A stretch of DNA of 58,359 nucleotides from an uncultured Planctomycetales bacterium (lineage in GTDB: Bacteria; Omnitrophota; Gorgyraeia; Zapsychrales; JANLHA01), in assembly GCA_964400065.1 (NCBI GenBank), contig CAYNSM010000002.1, forward strand, positions 1-58,359, read 5' to 3'. Position numbers and translations under genes: made by a program. Below, one piece after another: positions 55,543 to 58,359 of the stretch (position 1 is the first letter of the stretch; every line of letters begins with the position of its first letter). The notes beneath the pieces are model-generated. The model ran no database searches. It saw only the letters and a program-made list of their open reading frames with translations, and was not told the origin of the DNA.

Positions 55543-56478
55543 TCAACTCGCATTTTTAAAAACCGCCAAAAGATTTTCCACTGCCTGCACTTCCATCTCC
55601 AACCGAGACTGCGCCGTCAAAGTGGCAATATGCGGCGTCATAAGAACATTATCCAGCGTCGAAAGTTTTCCGCTATACGGCTCTTGCGAAAAAACATCTA
55701 CCCCGGCACCAGCCAAATATCCTTCTTTTAGGGCAAAATAAAGCGCTTGTTCATCAACCAATTCCCCGCGCGAAAGATTTAAAAGGATCGACTGAGGCTT
55801 CATCAAACGGATTTCTTTTTCACCCAAAACAAACGGAAAATTTTTATCATTTTTTAAATGCAGCGTCACAATATCTGAACGCTTAAGCAACTCTGTTGCC
55901 GAAACAAGCTCGACATTATTTTGCTTGGCCCAAACTTCGTCAGGATAGACATCACAGCCAATCATCTGGACATCAAAAGCCTTTAAAAGCTGAGCAACCT
56001 TTTTGCCTATACGTCCTAAACCAATAATTCCAACGGTTTTACCCTGTAAATTCTGCCCGCCTTTTTTTTGCCATTTTTGCGCACGCAAACTAACCGTATG
56101 CCACGTAATATGCCGTAAAAGATCAAGCATCATACCGACGGTCAATTCGGCAACGGGAACAATGACCGGCTGCGGCGTATTAAGAACCTTTATTCCCAGC
56201 TCTGCTGCTTTGGCCAAATTAACATTGTCGACTCCGACCCCGCAGCGGCTAATACATTTAAGATTTAAAAGCTCCGCCAAAAGCTGCGAAGTGTAAGACT
56301 CAACTCCGGCAATAATAGCGTCACAATCCTTTCCAAGCTTTAAAATACCATCAGAAGTTAACCGCTGGCCAGATATGTTAAAGACAACTCTTGCTCCACT
56401 TTTTTTTAATAGCACCAGCGGCTTTTTCCCATACTCGGCAAACGTTGATAGCGCAACAAGAATTTTGAGCTGAGTCAT
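55543..56478 (-). CDS. D-isomer-specific 2-hydroxyacid dehydrogenase (PGDH / glycerate dehydrogenase-like)
   Basis: The track start is TTG 56484; ATG 56478 forms an ATGA overlap. GKTVGIIGLGRIGKKVAQLL NAD motif, LSRGELVDE and the MTPHIA catalytic His region. Confidence 0.88.
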   Translation of the reverse strand: MTQLKILVALSTFAEYGKKPLVLLKKSGARVVFNISGQRLTSDGILKLGKDCDAIIAGVESYTSQLLAELLNLKCISRCGVGVDNVNLAKAAELGIKVLNTPQPVIVPVAELTVGMMLDLLRHITWHTVSLRAQKWQKKGGQNLQGKTVGIIGLGRIGKKVAQLLKAFDVQMIGCDVYPDEVWAKQNNVELVSATELLKRSDIVTLHLKNDKNFPFVLGEKEIRLMKPQSILLNLSRGELVDEQALYFALKEGYLAGAGVDVFSQEPYSGKLSTLDNVLMTPHIATLTAQSRLEMEVQAVENLLAVFKNAS

Positions 56479-57236
56479 TTGCAAATTGTTTCGTAAATTT
56501 TTCTTTGCGCCGGGTCATTCATTAAAATATTTTCAACAATCCCAACATCATCCGGCCGATCGACCCCAACGGTCGTCTGATCATAAATGACACCCAGAAT
56601 CGGAAAACCATACTCTAAAATCCTCATAAAATCTACCGACTCGGTTATTTCTAGCGGAGTTTGCGCTAATGCAGAAAACTTTTCCAAAAAAGACCGGCGG
56701 AAAGCGGAAAAACCGGTTTGACGATACAAAGGACAATCAGTTTTTACACGGCGATACGGGATTCCCGAACGGGAAAAACACATGACTCGACTTTTTTGAT
56801 CTATAACAGCCTTCACAATATCTCGATTATCCATATCCGCTTGATCTTTAATAACCGAAAGCAAGTTTGTACACAAAATCTCTTCAACTGCCGCAAACGG
56901 CGCAACTAACTTATCGATCATTTCCGTCACCAAAAGAGGCTCATCACCCTGTAAAACAACCACAATATCTGCTGAACTTTTTTGAACAGCCTCATAAACA
57001 CGATCGGTGCAACGCTCATGCTTGTCCGACGTCATAACTGCTCTGCCGCCGACGCTTTGAACAAGATCAATGATCTTCTGGTCGCACGTAGCAACAATAA
57101 CCTCATCAACAAACTTACACAACAAAGCACGGCGGCGAACATGTTCAACCATCGGCAAATCAAGAATTTTTTTTAAAGGCTTACCCGGAAATCGCGAAGA
57201 AGCCATACGGGCAGGAATAACGGCAATGACTTTCAT
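56475..57236 (-). CDS. KdsB-family cytidylyltransferase (3-deoxy-manno-octulosonate cytidylyltransferase-like)
   Basis: 253 aa with MKVIAVIPARMASSRFPGKPLKKILDLPMVEHV and VVVLQGDEPL, typical of CMP-Kdo synthetase-like enzymes. Confidence 0.8.
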   Translation of the reverse strand: MKVIAVIPARMASSRFPGKPLKKILDLPMVEHVRRRALLCKFVDEVIVATCDQKIIDLVQSVGGRAVMTSDKHERCTDRVYEAVQKSSADIVVVLQGDEPLLVTEMIDKLVAPFAAVEEILCTNLLSVIKDQADMDNRDIVKAVIDQKSRVMCFSRSGIPYRRVKTDCPLYRQTGFSAFRRSFLEKFSALAQTPLEITESVDFMRILEYGFPILGVIYDQTTVGVDRPDDVGIVENILMNDPAQRKIYETICK

Positions 57237-57889
57237 TAAAAGACACCTCCATTTTGTATTCTCAAATAACTCAAAACTTCGGCAAGATCATTTAAAACCA
57301 TACACCCTTTACCTTCCCAAGAACGTTTAGCCTGCCGGCCGATAAAATCAATACCGACCATTTTGGCGGCCTGCAAATCTTCGGGACTGTCCCCAACAAA
57401 AACAACATCTTTTTCCAAAAAATCATTGCGCCGCAAAATTTCACGTATCGCGTCCGCTTTTCCCCACGGGTACGCATAAACTTCGTTAAAATAATAGTCG
57501 ATTTTCCTGGCCGACAAAATAGCTTTTAATTCTTCCGACGGGTTAATCGACACCAGATACAACAAAGACTGGCGGCTAAAATAATCTAAAAACTCCACAG
57601 CTCCAGTAACAAAAGGACAAACGACAATCTTTTCAAAAATCATTTTTGAAAACTGCAAACCTAGCTGAGTTGAAACCGCCGCAGTATACGGCAAACCCAA
57701 AATTTCCTCATAAATAACTTTGAACTTCTCATAACGAATCGTCGCATTATTTGCAAGATGATACTTCATGATCGCCTCTAGATGATGCGGAAAATCTTTA
57801 AAAAGTTCCCTAAAGGCATCATCCTTGATCCCGACAGACTCGACAATAACGCCATCAAAATCAAGGATAATCGCTTGATAATTTTTCAT
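57236..57889 (-). CDS. HAD superfamily hydrolase (subfamily IA, phosphatase-like)
   Basis: 217 aa with motif I ILDFDGVIV and motif IV VFVGDSPEDLQAAKMVG. TAATG junction with the downstream cytidylyltransferase. Confidence 0.85.
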   Translation of the reverse strand: MKNYQAIILDFDGVIVESVGIKDDAFRELFKDFPHHLEAIMKYHLANNATIRYEKFKVIYEEILGLPYTAAVSTQLGLQFSKMIFEKIVVCPFVTGAVEFLDYFSRQSLLYLVSINPSEELKAILSARKIDYYFNEVYAYPWGKADAIREILRRNDFLEKDVVFVGDSPEDLQAAKMVGIDFIGRQAKRSWEGKGCMVLNDLAEVLSYLRIQNGGVF

Positions 57890-57915
57890 ACCAAAGAACC
57901 TGTTCTATTAAAATC

Positions 57916-58359
57916 TTACTTTGAAGAAATCAAACTTTTTGTATGTTCCGCCCATTTCCAAAGCAGAAAAACATCAGATGACAAAATCACAAAAGTAAAA
58001 CCCGTCACTAGAGCTTTATTGATCCGTTCTTTGCTGGCCTCAACCAAATGCGTGCCGCAAGATTTTTTGTGGCGTTTACAAGCGGCAATCACACGCTTGC
58101 CGGCATCAAGCACTTTTTTATGCTCAATCTGCCCGGGAATGCCAAGCGATCCAGAAATATCATACGGCCCGACCATGACCCCGTCTAACTCCTTGAAAGA
58201 CAAAATTTCATCGATACATTCTACAGCAGCTATCGATTCAATCTGCGCAATCATAATTGAGCTTTCGTTCCAACTTTTAGTGTATTCGCCAAAATCCATG
58301 CCATAACCTTGCGCGCGCGAAACACCAAAACCTCGCCGGCCCAAAGGCGGATACGTGGC
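57916..58359 (-). CDS. HpcH/HpaI family (class II, pyruvate-specific) aldolase; C-terminal part only, 5' end beyond the window
   Basis: The reading frame is open to the window end (...ATYPPLGRRGFGVSRAQGYG...). IAQIESIAAVECIDEILSFKELDGVMVGPYDISGSLG matches the GarL/HpaI pattern VQVES..A..N.deI....giDgvfiGp.DLs.slG. Confidence 0.8.
   Translation of the reverse strand, partial: ATYPPLGRRGFGVSRAQGYGMDFGEYTKSWNESSIMIAQIESIAAVECIDEILSFKELDGVMVGPYDISGSLGIPGQIEHKKVLDAGKRVIAACKRHKKSCGTHLVEASKERINKALVTGFTFVILSSDVFLLWKWAEHTKSLISSK

Overview
This is a 58,359-bp bacterial chromosomal window. It looks AT-leaning by eye (not computed). I see no rRNA, tRNA, CRISPR array, transposase or integrase. All 56 credible protein genes lie on the minus strand in one almost gap-free array with many start/stop overlaps. 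Every plus-strand ORF in the track looks like an antisense shadow. The low-coordinate (transcriptionally downstream) end carries housekeeping pgk-tpiA-secG plus the 5' part of a family-5 ABC substrate-binding protein that the ORF track misses. The remaining ~55 kb is a very large envelope-glycan locus with at least five nucleotide-sugar routes: (1) GDP-fucose (gmd/fcl); (2) a dTDP-4-amino-4,6-dideoxyhexose-type route (rmlA-like, rfbB, DegT aminotransferase, WecD-like GNAT); (3) a legionaminic-acid-type CMP-nonulosonic acid set (neuB, neuC, NeuD/PglD-like, cytidylyltransferase, CBS-nucleotidyltransferase) that also contains an unusual amidinotransferase and a deacetylase; (4) an ascarylose-type CDP-3,6-dideoxyhexose set (rfbF/G/H, cupin epimerase, reductase, but no E3 reductase); (5) a KdsB-like / HAD / HpcH-aldolase / 2-hydroxyacid dehydrogenase set cut by the window edge. 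The locus also encodes a WbaP-type initiating transferase, GT2/GT4/GT26 transferases, two Wzy_C-family proteins, a PMT/ArnT-like GT-C enzyme with GT2 and LAB_N partners, several methyltransferases and an MsbA/PglK-like ABC exporter. The most unusual element is a translationally coupled five-gene module (10505..17021) sitting among the sugar genes. It encodes a membrane-anchored J-domain-like protein lacking HPD, a short GrpE-like protein, an atypical 831-aa Hsp70, a soluble Hanks-type Ser/Thr kinase and an FHA-only protein. That is a private Hsp70 cycle wired to a phosphothreonine writer/reader pair, and I know of no characterised function for it. All calls rest on by-eye motif recognition; no database search was possible.
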